Positions 17,150 to 24,487 of a DNA stretch of 32,000 nt are shown here, piece after piece (the first letter of the stretch is position 1; the number at the start of each line of letters is the position of its first letter). Source of the DNA: Mycobacterium asiaticum (GTDB lineage: Bacteria > Actinomycetota > Actinomycetes > Mycobacteriales > Mycobacteriaceae); NCBI RefSeq assembly GCF_001673635.1, contig NZ_LZMH01000023.1:88229-120228 (forward strand), given 5' to 3'. The translations under genes and the position numbers were made by a program. The notes beneath the pieces were generated by a model that searched no databases, had not been told where the DNA came from, and saw nothing but the letters and a program-made list of their open reading frames with translations.

Positions 17150-17180
17150 CTTTACAAATAGTGAGCAAAGTGTCACGCTG
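17150..17180 (+). promoter_or_regulatory. Conserved AT-rich motif, copy B: CTTTACAAAT-agtgagc-AAA-g-TGTCA-cGCtg
   Basis: Copy B lies exactly 60 nt downstream of copy A. Its TGTCA ends 29 nt before GTG 17205 and 38 nt before TTG 17214. It can be read as a -35 TTTACA, a 17-nt spacer, a TGn extended -10 and the hexamer CACGCT. Confidence 0.65.
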
Positions 17181-17204
17181 AGCCGTGAGCTGCCGGAACG
17201 AGGG

Positions 17205-18095
17205 GTGAGCGCTTTGACGACAGAATCCGAACAGGTCCAGTGGTCGGTCCAGAGTCTGTTGGATCTTTTCGAGGTGGAGGCGGCCGGACCGGATCGGTTC
17301 ACCGCGCAGACCGGCTTGGCCGGGCAGGACGGCAGGCAGGTCGTGGAGGGCACCCAGGTGGTCGCCCAGGCGATCGTGGCCGTGGCGAATCGTTTCCAGG
17401 GCAAGGCGGTTCGGTCCGCGCATGCGGTGTTCGCCCGCGCCGTGCTGGTGGGCCCGCCGCTCGAGTTGGTCCTCGACGTGTTGAACGAGGGCCGGTCCAC
17501 CGCCACCGCGATCGTCTCTGCCGTGCAGAATGGCAAGCGCTGTGTCAGCGTGACCGTCCTGACCGACGTCCCGACCGGCGACGTTATTCGCCACCATGTG
17601 CCGCGGCCCGACGTCGCCGCACCCGCGGACGCGCACAACTCAGAGATGCCGATGCTGGGTCGGCAGGTGCGGGTCGTCGACGTGGTCGACGTCAACAGTC
17701 CCGACGAGGTCGGTCCGCCGGAATTGTACGCGTGGCTGCAGTACGACCCGATCCCCGACCGTGACGACCTGGCCAAGGCGCTCGTCGCGTACTTCACTGG
17801 ACACCTGGGTATTTCGACCACGATGCGCGCGCACCCGGGAATCGGCACCAGTCAGGCTCACCTGACCGTGTCGACCGCGCCGATGTCGATCTTCGTGTCG
17901 TTCCACGAACCGGTGCGCTGGGACGACTGGTTGCTCTACTCGCACGAGAGCACTCAGGTGGGTGCGGGAATGTCGTATGTGCGCGGCACGGTGCACACCG
18001 AGGCGGGCGACCTGCTTTGTTCCTTCGCGCAGGAAGCGCTGATCCGCCCGCTGCGCACCACTGACACTTCGATCGACGCCGCGGCCCGGTTCTGA
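17205..18095 (+). CDS. Acyl-CoA thioesterase II (TesB-like), about 296 aa
   Basis: It has double hotdog architecture, with SLLDLFEVEAAGPDRFTAQT... typical of TesB N-termini and a C-terminal half containing SLDHAMWFH-like HEPVRWDDWLLY. The start is ambiguous: GTG 17205 has GAGGG immediately adjacent, whereas TTG 17214 has better SD spacing. Confidence 0.8.
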   Translation: MSALTTESEQVQWSVQSLLDLFEVEAAGPDRFTAQTGLAGQDGRQVVEGTQVVAQAIVAVANRFQGKAVRSAHAVFARAVLVGPPLELVLDVLNEGRSTATAIVSAVQNGKRCVSVTVLTDVPTGDVIRHHVPRPDVAAPADAHNSEMPMLGRQVRVVDVVDVNSPDEVGPPELYAWLQYDPIPDRDDLAKALVAYFTGHLGISTTMRAHPGIGTSQAHLTVSTAPMSIFVSFHEPVRWDDWLLYSHESTQVGAGMSYVRGTVHTEAGDLLCSFAQEALIRPLRTTDTSIDAAARF

Positions 18096-18099
18096 TTCC

Positions 18100-19020
18100 A
18101 TGCGATTCACCATCACCCATCCGATGCACAGCCACCCGTATAACCCGGAGCTGGCCAGTGGGTCGGGTATCGCGACCGTGGCGGGAGCGGCGGAAAAGGC
18201 GGGATTTCACGGTTTCGGGTTCACCGACCACCCCGCCCCGTCCCAACGCTGGCTGGACGCCGGCGGACACGATGCCCTGGATCCGTTTGCGGCCCTTGGC
18301 TTTGCGGCGGCACACACGACGACCCTGCGCCTGATTCCGAACGTGGTGGTGTTGCCCTACCGAAACCCGTTCGTGGTGGCCAAATCCGGGATGACACTGG
18401 ATTTGCTTTCGGGTGGCCGGTTCACGCTGGCGGTGGGGGTGGGTTACCTGAAGAAGGAATTCGCCGCGCTTGGGGTGGATTACGACGAGCGCGCCGAGTT
18501 GTTCGAAGAAGCGCTGGAGGTGATTCGCGCGGTCTGGACCGGTGACGACATCACCTATGAGGGAAAGCATTTCACCGCACGCGGGATCACCGCGCATCCA
18601 CGTCCGAGCTCCCAGCCGCATCCACCGATCTGGATCGGCGGCAACACGGCGGCGGCGCGCAAGCGGGTCGCCGAGCATGGTGATGGTTGGTGTCCCTTTG
18701 CGGCACCGGCGGGTTTGGCGCGCACCGCGGGCACCGCGGTCATCGATTCGGTGGATGCCCTCGCGTCCGGCATCGACGACATGCGGCGGCGGTGCGAAGC
18801 GGCCGGCAAGGACCCCGCGGCCGTCGATATCACCTTCACCAACTTCGAGGGCGGCAGCCCCGCGGCCGACGACTTCAACGCCGACGCATACCTGGCCGGG
18901 GTGGAAAAGCTTGCGGCCCTGGGCGTTACCTGGCTACAGGTCGGGCTCCCCGGCGACAGCGTGTCGCATGCGGTGGAAGTCATCGACCGGTTTGGTTCGC
19001 TGGTAATCGATGTGATCTGA
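18100..19020 (+). CDS. Luciferase-like monooxygenase (LLM) class oxidoreductase, probably F420-dependent, 306 aa
   Basis: This is a TIM-barrel LLM pattern (GFHGFGFTDH, LPYRNPFVVAK, GRFTLAVGVGY, PPIWIGGN) resembling the mycobacterial F420-dependent LLM subfamily. It starts 4 nt after the tesB-like stop. Confidence 0.8.
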   Translation: MRFTITHPMHSHPYNPELASGSGIATVAGAAEKAGFHGFGFTDHPAPSQRWLDAGGHDALDPFAALGFAAAHTTTLRLIPNVVVLPYRNPFVVAKSGMTLDLLSGGRFTLAVGVGYLKKEFAALGVDYDERAELFEEALEVIRAVWTGDDITYEGKHFTARGITAHPRPSSQPHPPIWIGGNTAAARKRVAEHGDGWCPFAAPAGLARTAGTAVIDSVDALASGIDDMRRRCEAAGKDPAAVDITFTNFEGGSPAADDFNADAYLAGVEKLAALGVTWLQVGLPGDSVSHAVEVIDRFGSLVIDVI

Positions 19021-20190
19021 ATGGATTTCGCGCGCGTATCACTCTCCGATGAAGACGAGGCTTTCTACCGGCAGACCCGGGCCTTCGTCACCGAACACGT
19101 CACCGACGACGTGCGCCGCCGAAACCGCGAGTTCGGTGAGAACTTCGACGAAGGCGTGCATCTGGCATTGGGTGAAGCGGGTTACCTGGCTGGCGATTTC
19201 AAGCCCGAATCCGAGGGCGGCTTCAGCGCGGTGCGCCGGCGCATCTTCAACCTGGAGATCGGCCGGGCGCACACCCCTTGGTATCACTGGGGCACCACGT
19301 CAGCGGTCGCGCGATTGGTAGCGGAGTTCGCTCAACCGGAACTGGTGGACATGGTGCTGCCGGGGGTGCTTTCCGGGCATGTCCGGCTGTGTCTGGGCTA
19401 CACCGAACCCGAGGGAGGATCCGACGTCGCCACCTGCAAGACCCGCGCGGTGCGAGAAGCGGATGGATCGTGGGTCATCAATGGCTCCAAGATGTTCACC
19501 TCGAACGCGCAGAACGCCAAATACGTCTTCCTGCTTACCAACACCGATCCCCAAGGGCTGAAACACCGGAACCTCACCATGTTTCTGGTCCCGCTGGATT
19601 CGCCTGGCATCGAGATCCAGGGGATCCGCACCCTCGACGGCGATCGCACCAACATCGTCTTCTACAGCAACGTCCGGGTCGACGACCTGTACCGGATCGG
19701 CGGGGTGAACGATGGCTGGACGGTGATGCGGTCGGCGCTCGCGGCCGAACACGGCCTGACACAGGGCGATGACGAGGGCTTACAGGACGCTGGAACCATG
19801 GCAGGACACGGCATGCTGATGGCGGAGGCGGTCGACCGGGTCGCCGCTTTGGTCTCCATCGCCGACGACTCCGCCCAGTACCGCCTCGGACGCGATTTCG
19901 CCCGTGTCGAGGCGGCGTTGTCCACGCCCAGCATGTACGGCCGCGTCGCGATCGGGCAGACGATGCGTGATATTGCCGCCGATCTGATGGATCTGTTGGG
20001 GCCGGCATCGGCCTTGCCGACCGAGGTCAAGGGGTCACCGGATGGCGGTGTCACCGAACACCTCTTCCGGCTGTCCCTGCCGATGGGAATTTACGGGGGC
20101 AGCCTGGAAGTGTTCCGCAACATGATCGCCCAGCAGGAACTGCGGCTGGGGCGGCCGGCTTATGGCGCGGGTAAATCCGCCTCGACCTGA
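19021..20190 (+). CDS. Acyl-CoA dehydrogenase, 389 aa
   Basis: ACAD motifs are present (GYTEPEGGSDVA, INGSKMFTSNA). The ATG immediately follows the LLM stop. The C-terminal motif is IYGGSLEV rather than the usual YEGT (see findings). Confidence 0.85.
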   Translation: MDFARVSLSDEDEAFYRQTRAFVTEHVTDDVRRRNREFGENFDEGVHLALGEAGYLAGDFKPESEGGFSAVRRRIFNLEIGRAHTPWYHWGTTSAVARLVAEFAQPELVDMVLPGVLSGHVRLCLGYTEPEGGSDVATCKTRAVREADGSWVINGSKMFTSNAQNAKYVFLLTNTDPQGLKHRNLTMFLVPLDSPGIEIQGIRTLDGDRTNIVFYSNVRVDDLYRIGGVNDGWTVMRSALAAEHGLTQGDDEGLQDAGTMAGHGMLMAEAVDRVAALVSIADDSAQYRLGRDFARVEAALSTPSMYGRVAIGQTMRDIAADLMDLLGPASALPTEVKGSPDGGVTEHLFRLSLPMGIYGGSLEVFRNMIAQQELRLGRPAYGAGKSAST

Positions 20191-20843
20191 ACCTTTTCCG
20201 TATCGAAGCTCAAATAGTCTCGGATGGCCGCGCTTTCGGGTAGCGGTTCGTCGTAGCTCCAGGCGATGTCCTCGATGACCGTGCCGCCTTGGTCGATGGT
20301 GGCCGCCCAGTATGTGGCGACGCCCTTGTAGTTGCAGTACGACGACGTTTCGGTCTTGCGGAGCAAGTCGGTTCGGACGTGCTTCGGTGCCACGTAAAGC
20401 CTTGGGGCGAGCGCGGTCTCGAAGACGATCACGGTGTCGTCGGTGTCCACCAGCGGGATGCCGTCGATGGCGACGCGCAGGCGTCTGGTGGTCGGACGGC
20501 AGTCGACGCGGTGATAAGGGTTCGGCGGATAGTGCACCAGTTTGCGGCCCTCCTCGAACCAGGTGTCGACCGCGTGCCACGGAACGTGCACGTATCCGGG
20601 CGCTTCGGGTTCGGGCTCGGTAGGCAGGCCGGTGATACCTTCGGCGGGAAATGCATAGCTCAGTGGGCGATTTCGCCGGTGCACCAGCAACGCCTTCTCG
20701 GTGTCGATGACGGTCCGCCCGTGGCGGACGGCCTGAATGCGGCGCGGATGGGGTTCGATGTATACCACCTCGGCGGGTATCGGCGGCGCGAAGCGCCCCG
20801 CTGGATCGGCACTCAGTGGGCCGCGGCCGGCGACCAGGCTCAT
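20160..20843 (-). CDS. DUF427 domain protein (two DUF427-like halves), 227 aa
   Basis: ATG 20843 has GGGAGGAA upstream. A repeated pattern (...TVIDTEKALLVHRRNRPLSYAFP... and ...PLVDTDDTVIVFETALAPRLYVAP..., CNYKGVATYW) is typical of DUF427. The 3' end overlaps the convergent ACAD gene by 31 nt. Confidence 0.7.
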   Translation of the reverse strand: MSLVAGRGPLSADPAGRFAPPIPAEVVYIEPHPRRIQAVRHGRTVIDTEKALLVHRRNRPLSYAFPAEGITGLPTEPEPEAPGYVHVPWHAVDTWFEEGRKLVHYPPNPYHRVDCRPTTRRLRVAIDGIPLVDTDDTVIVFETALAPRLYVAPKHVRTDLLRKTETSSYCNYKGVATYWAATIDQGGTVIEDIAWSYDEPLPESAAIRDYLSFDTEKVQVEADLPAP

Positions 20844-20972
20844 GGCGTTCCTCCCATTCCTCCCGGTGTGTAACCGTCCACCCAAACATCCCCTTGAACG
20901 ACGAGGATCCCGCCGCCGGTGGCAAGACGATGTCGGCGGCCCTCAAATGCCGTTGCCGCTAACACTGTCGGA

Positions 20973-21758
20973 TCACCACGCTTTGGAGCCATGTCGACCC
21001 GCACCATCGGCGAATCGCTGTGCGCCTGCCTGCAACTCGGATGCCGAACGTGACAGGCTGGTGAACTCGAAGTCCATGGCCTCGGCCTCGCTCCGGCCCC
21101 ACTGATAGAGCATCGACATACGGTCGGAGCGCATGCACAGTTGCGGCAGCGCCGCAAGTTCGGCGGCAAGCTCCTCGGCGGCGGCTCGGGCGGTGCCAGT
21201 CGGCACAACGCGATTCGCCAAGCCGATGGCCAGCGCCTCGGTCGCGTCAACCGGGCGCCCGGTGAGGATCAGATCCATCGCCCGGCTGTGCCCGATCAGC
21301 CTTGGGAGCCGGACCGTACCGCCATCGATCAACGGTAATCCCCAGCGTCGGCAGAACACGCCGAAGGTTGCATCCTCCTCGACCACTCGCAAATCGCACC
21401 ACACCGCCAGCTCTAGGCCGCCAGCGACGGCATAGCCACTGACAGCGGCGACCACCGGTTTGGACAGGACCATCCGGCTAGGACCCATCGGCCCCGGACC
21501 GGTCGGGTTCACCGGGTTGAAGTCACCTGTCTCGGCTCCTTTCAGATCCGCGCCCGAGCAGAAATTTCCGCGATCCCCCCACAGCACAGCCACCGACGCG
21601 GAATCATCATTGTCGAACTCCTCGAACGCGGCGACGAGCGCGGCGGCAGCAGATCCGTTGACCGCGTTCCGGGCCTCCGGACGATCCATGATCACGGTGG
21701 TCACTGCCCCGTTCTTCTCGACCCGAATGCCGCCGGTGCTCTTGGTTTCAGTCGTCAT
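20973..21758 (-). CDS. Enoyl-CoA hydratase/isomerase (crotonase) family protein
   Basis: Crotonase motifs are present: RPEARNA, FCSGADLKG, AAVSGYAVAGGLELAVWCD. ATG 21758 (AGGTG upstream) is preferred over GTG 21764. Confidence 0.88.
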   Translation of the reverse strand: MTTETKSTGGIRVEKNGAVTTVIMDRPEARNAVNGSAAAALVAAFEEFDNDDSASVAVLWGDRGNFCSGADLKGAETGDFNPVNPTGPGPMGPSRMVLSKPVVAAVSGYAVAGGLELAVWCDLRVVEEDATFGVFCRRWGLPLIDGGTVRLPRLIGHSRAMDLILTGRPVDATEALAIGLANRVVPTGTARAAAEELAAELAALPQLCMRSDRMSMLYQWGRSEAEAMDFEFTSLSRSASELQAGAQRFADGAGRHGSKAW

Positions 21759-21845
21759 GCCCACACCTACGACGGTATCCGCACCGCCCGGACCGGAAGG
21801 GTAAATGCCCCGGTGCCCGCAGCACTACGGCGTCGGATTCGGACG

Positions 21846-21858
21846 TCGAACACTTCGA
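21846..21858. promoter_or_regulatory. Candidate operator palindrome TCGAA-CAC-TTCGA
   Basis: It has 5-bp arms (7 with one mismatch) and sits in the 220-nt divergent region between the crotonase and CoA-transferase genes. Confidence 0.2.
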
Positions 21859-21978
21859 TGGTCGGCGTGATCGGCAAGTCGCCGGTGACACCGTGCTTTG
21901 GACTTCGGTGACCGACCCGCGCGAACCAGAGGCGTTGCCGGACGATCCACCGTTGTAATGCGCGGTTAGGGTTCATTC

Positions 21979-23148
21979 ATGGCCGGACCGGTTGAAGGCA
22001 TCAGGGTCGTCGAACTCGGAGTTTGGGTGGCGGGGCCGGCGACGGGCGGCATCCTGGCCGACTGGGGCGCGGATGTCATCAAGATCGAGCCGCCGAGCGG
22101 TGATCCCGGACGGCTTTTCGGGCGGATGCTGGGTTGCGAGCTGGGGGTGAACCCGCCGTTCGAGATGGACAACCGCTCCAAGCGCAGCATCGTGCTGGAC
22201 CTCACCACCGAGTCCGGTCGCGGCACCGCCCTCGAATTGCTCGCCGAGGCAGACGTTTTCATCACCAACGTGCGACCGGGGGCGCTGCAGCGGCTGGGGC
22301 TGGATTACGAGTCGGTGTCCGCCGCCAACCCCCGACTGGTCTACGGACTGATCACCGGCTACGGCGACAGCGGGGCCGACGCCGACCGGGCGGCCTACGA
22401 CGTGGCGGCCTTCTGGTCGCGCGGCGGCATCGCGCATCTGCTCACCCGGCCCGGTGACACACCGCCCTTCCAGCGTGGCGGCATGGGCGACCATTCGGCC
22501 GGGATGACCCTGGCGGCGGCGGTCTGCGCGGCGCTGCTGGCCCGTGAGCGCACCGGCTCCGGGCAACTGGTGACCACCTCGCTCTACCGCCAGGGCGCCT
22601 ACACCGTGAGCTTCGACCTCAACACCTACCTGCTCACCGGTCAACCGATCGCGATCGGACAGCGCGCGACCATGGGCAACCCGTGCATGAACAATTACGC
22701 CGCGGGCGACGGGCGGCGCTTCTGGATCGTCGGCCTCGAGGTCGACCGGCACTGGCCCGCCCTGTGCCGAGTGGTGGGCCGGACCGAGTGGCTGGACGAC
22801 CCGAGGTATGCCGACGCGCGCGGCCGTGCCGTCAACGCAGTGCAACTCATCGCCGAACTGGACGAGATCTTCGCGACCAAGCCGCTGGCCGAGTGGTCGG
22901 AACTGTTCGCGGCCGAGCCGGACTTCTTCTGGTCGCCGATCAATTCCATCGAGGACGTCGTCGCCGACGAGCAGTTCCACGCCGCGGGCGGGATCGTCGA
23001 CGTACCGGACGGCGATTCCAGCGTGCCGATGGTGGCCACCCCGGCGGATTTTCGCGGAACGCCCTGGTCACCGCGGTCGGTAGCGCCGACCCTCGGCCAG
23101 CACACCGACGAGGTTCTCGCTGAGCTGGCCGTCCGGCGGGACTCCTGA
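21979..23148 (+). CDS. Family III CoA-transferase (CaiB/BaiF family), 389 aa
   Basis: The N-terminus GIRVVELGVWVAGPATGGILADWGADVIKIEPPSGDP and the central YDVAAFWSRGG... pattern are typical of family III CoA-transferases and racemases. Confidence 0.88.
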   Translation: MAGPVEGIRVVELGVWVAGPATGGILADWGADVIKIEPPSGDPGRLFGRMLGCELGVNPPFEMDNRSKRSIVLDLTTESGRGTALELLAEADVFITNVRPGALQRLGLDYESVSAANPRLVYGLITGYGDSGADADRAAYDVAAFWSRGGIAHLLTRPGDTPPFQRGGMGDHSAGMTLAAAVCAALLARERTGSGQLVTTSLYRQGAYTVSFDLNTYLLTGQPIAIGQRATMGNPCMNNYAAGDGRRFWIVGLEVDRHWPALCRVVGRTEWLDDPRYADARGRAVNAVQLIAELDEIFATKPLAEWSELFAAEPDFFWSPINSIEDVVADEQFHAAGGIVDVPDGDSSVPMVATPADFRGTPWSPRSVAPTLGQHTDEVLAELAVRRDS

Positions 23149-23161
23149 GCGCCCGCGACAG

Positions 23162-23192
23162 CTTTACAAATCTCCCTAAAACTGTCACGCTG
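23162..23192 (+). promoter_or_regulatory. Conserved AT-rich motif, copy C: CTTTACAAAT-ctcccta-AAA-c-TGTCA-cGCtg
   Basis: Copy C matches copy B at 23 of 31 positions. It lies in the 79-nt gap upstream of the nine-gene P450 operon, and its TGTCA ends 40 nt before ATG 23228. It is followed by the hairpin CGCTGTC-caatgccct-GACAGCG (23188-23210). Confidence 0.65.
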
Positions 23193-23227
23193 TCCAATGC
23201 CCTGACAGCGCGGCGAGGAAGGGATCG

Positions 23228-23773
23228 ATGGTCACTCCAACGTTCGACATCAGCGGGCACCCCGCGAACCGTGCTCGCCGGACCTCCGTCGACGGCGAGG
23301 TGCTACGGCATCGGCTGGACGTATTCGCGGCCCGGCCGGATGACGTCGTGCAGACGGCCGGCGGGTGGCTATTCGACCGGGTGATGGCGGGCTGGCAGGT
23401 GAATGTGATGCTGCCGGGCGGCGGCGATGACAGGTCGCTGCGCATCCTCGGTGTGCAGGTGCTGGACCTGGAATCGGAGCTGGACCTTTCGGCACCACTG
23501 AGCCAGAGTCTCGCCGTCAGCGGCGAAGCGTTCATCGCCCACGGGTGCCTGCGTGAAAAGATGCGCAAGGCCATGGGCAACCGGCTGGTCGAGGTCGCGC
23601 TGTGGGGTCAAGGTTGGCCCCTCGGTACCGACCGCAGCCTCGTCCGGACCGAGTACCAGCTCAGCGCGGCGGCCCGGGCCTTTAAGGGGCAGGCGTTACG
23701 CGCAGCCGGAATCGCCTACCAGTCAATCGATCCCAGCGAAACCTTGTTCACCGACTCAGCTTGGCTGGGCTGA
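23228..23773 (+). CDS. Conserved hypothetical protein, 181 aa (weak, degenerate PIG-L/LmbE-like N-terminal motif)
   Basis: It has a strong SD (GAGGAAGGGA) and high GC3. The segment AARPDDVVQTAGGWLFDRVMAGWQVNVML resembles the AHPDD-x4-GG-x8-G-x-V-x-V signature of LmbE/PIG-L deacetylases, but with Arg in place of the metal-binding His. Confidence 0.6.
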   Translation: MVTPTFDISGHPANRARRTSVDGEVLRHRLDVFAARPDDVVQTAGGWLFDRVMAGWQVNVMLPGGGDDRSLRILGVQVLDLESELDLSAPLSQSLAVSGEAFIAHGCLREKMRKAMGNRLVEVALWGQGWPLGTDRSLVRTEYQLSAAARAFKGQALRAAGIAYQSIDPSETLFTDSAWLG

Positions 23774-23782
23774 CGCATTGCG

Positions 23783-24487
23783 ATGAAGAAGTATTTCGGC
23801 CACACCCTGCTCTACCTGCACGAGACGATCGAGCTGGGCTCCGGGCGAAGCGACCGCTTCACCGAGGTCTTCGTCGACACCTATCAGCCCTTGATGGAGG
23901 AGCTGGGCGCTCGGCTCTTCTCGATCTGGCAGAGCACGCCCTACAACGGGCACTGGCCGCAAGTGACGATCATCTGGGAGATCGACGCGTTCGGCGATTA
24001 TGCCCGGATCGGGGCCGCGCAGGCCCGCGGCGGCAGCCACGAGGCCGCGGCCGGCAAATGGGCGGCGTTTCTGGCCGACATCGGCGCCAAGGGGGAGGGC
24101 CGGATCATGTACGCCGGACCGAGCAACAGGCCCCTGGCCCAGCTACGCGAGACCAATTTCGATGCGTCACTGGTCATTCAGGAGATCATGCAGACCAAGC
24201 CGGGCCGGCAGGACGACTACATCCGCGAACTGGAACGGTTGTATGTGCCATGGTCGGAGCGCACTGGCAAGCATTGGCTCGGTTCCTTCACCACAACCTT
24301 CCGGTTCAACGAAGTGATCCACTACTGGGCGCTGGAGGGCGGTTGGGAATGCTTCGCCAACCACTACCCGTCCTGGAAGGACAGCCCGCCCGCCGAGATC
24401 GTCACCTGGATGAGCGTGGCCCCGGCGCTGCGTGACGGTTGGGAGGACTCCATCCTGCAGGCGCTACCGCCGTCGCCACTGCAGTGA
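23783..24487 (+). CDS. NIPSNAP-like / dimeric alpha-beta-barrel protein (two repeats), 234 aa
   Basis: Two similar halves each contain a W...W(E/A)(I/L) pattern (FSIWQSTPYNGHWPQVTIIWEIDAFGDYARI and LGSFTTTFRFNEVIHYWALEGGWECF), as in NIPSNAP domains. This family call is made by eye only. Confidence 0.5.
   Translation: MKKYFGHTLLYLHETIELGSGRSDRFTEVFVDTYQPLMEELGARLFSIWQSTPYNGHWPQVTIIWEIDAFGDYARIGAAQARGGSHEAAAGKWAAFLADIGAKGEGRIMYAGPSNRPLAQLRETNFDASLVIQEIMQTKPGRQDDYIRELERLYVPWSERTGKHWLGSFTTTFRFNEVIHYWALEGGWECFANHYPSWKDSPPAEIVTWMSVAPALRDGWEDSILQALPPSPLQ

Noticed and set aside
17160-17177. A possible CRP/FNR-type site (GTGA-N8-TCAC) within motif copy B.
   Set aside because: The spacing is 8 nt, not the 6 nt of TGTGA-N6-TCACA, and the left half is not conserved in copies A or C.
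21767-21976. A 69-aa ORF on the minus strand that fills the crotonase / CoA-transferase divergent intergenic region.
   Set aside because: It has no SD, its composition is Arg-rich and non-protein-like, and it would leave no promoter space for either flanking gene. It is more likely untranslated regulatory DNA.
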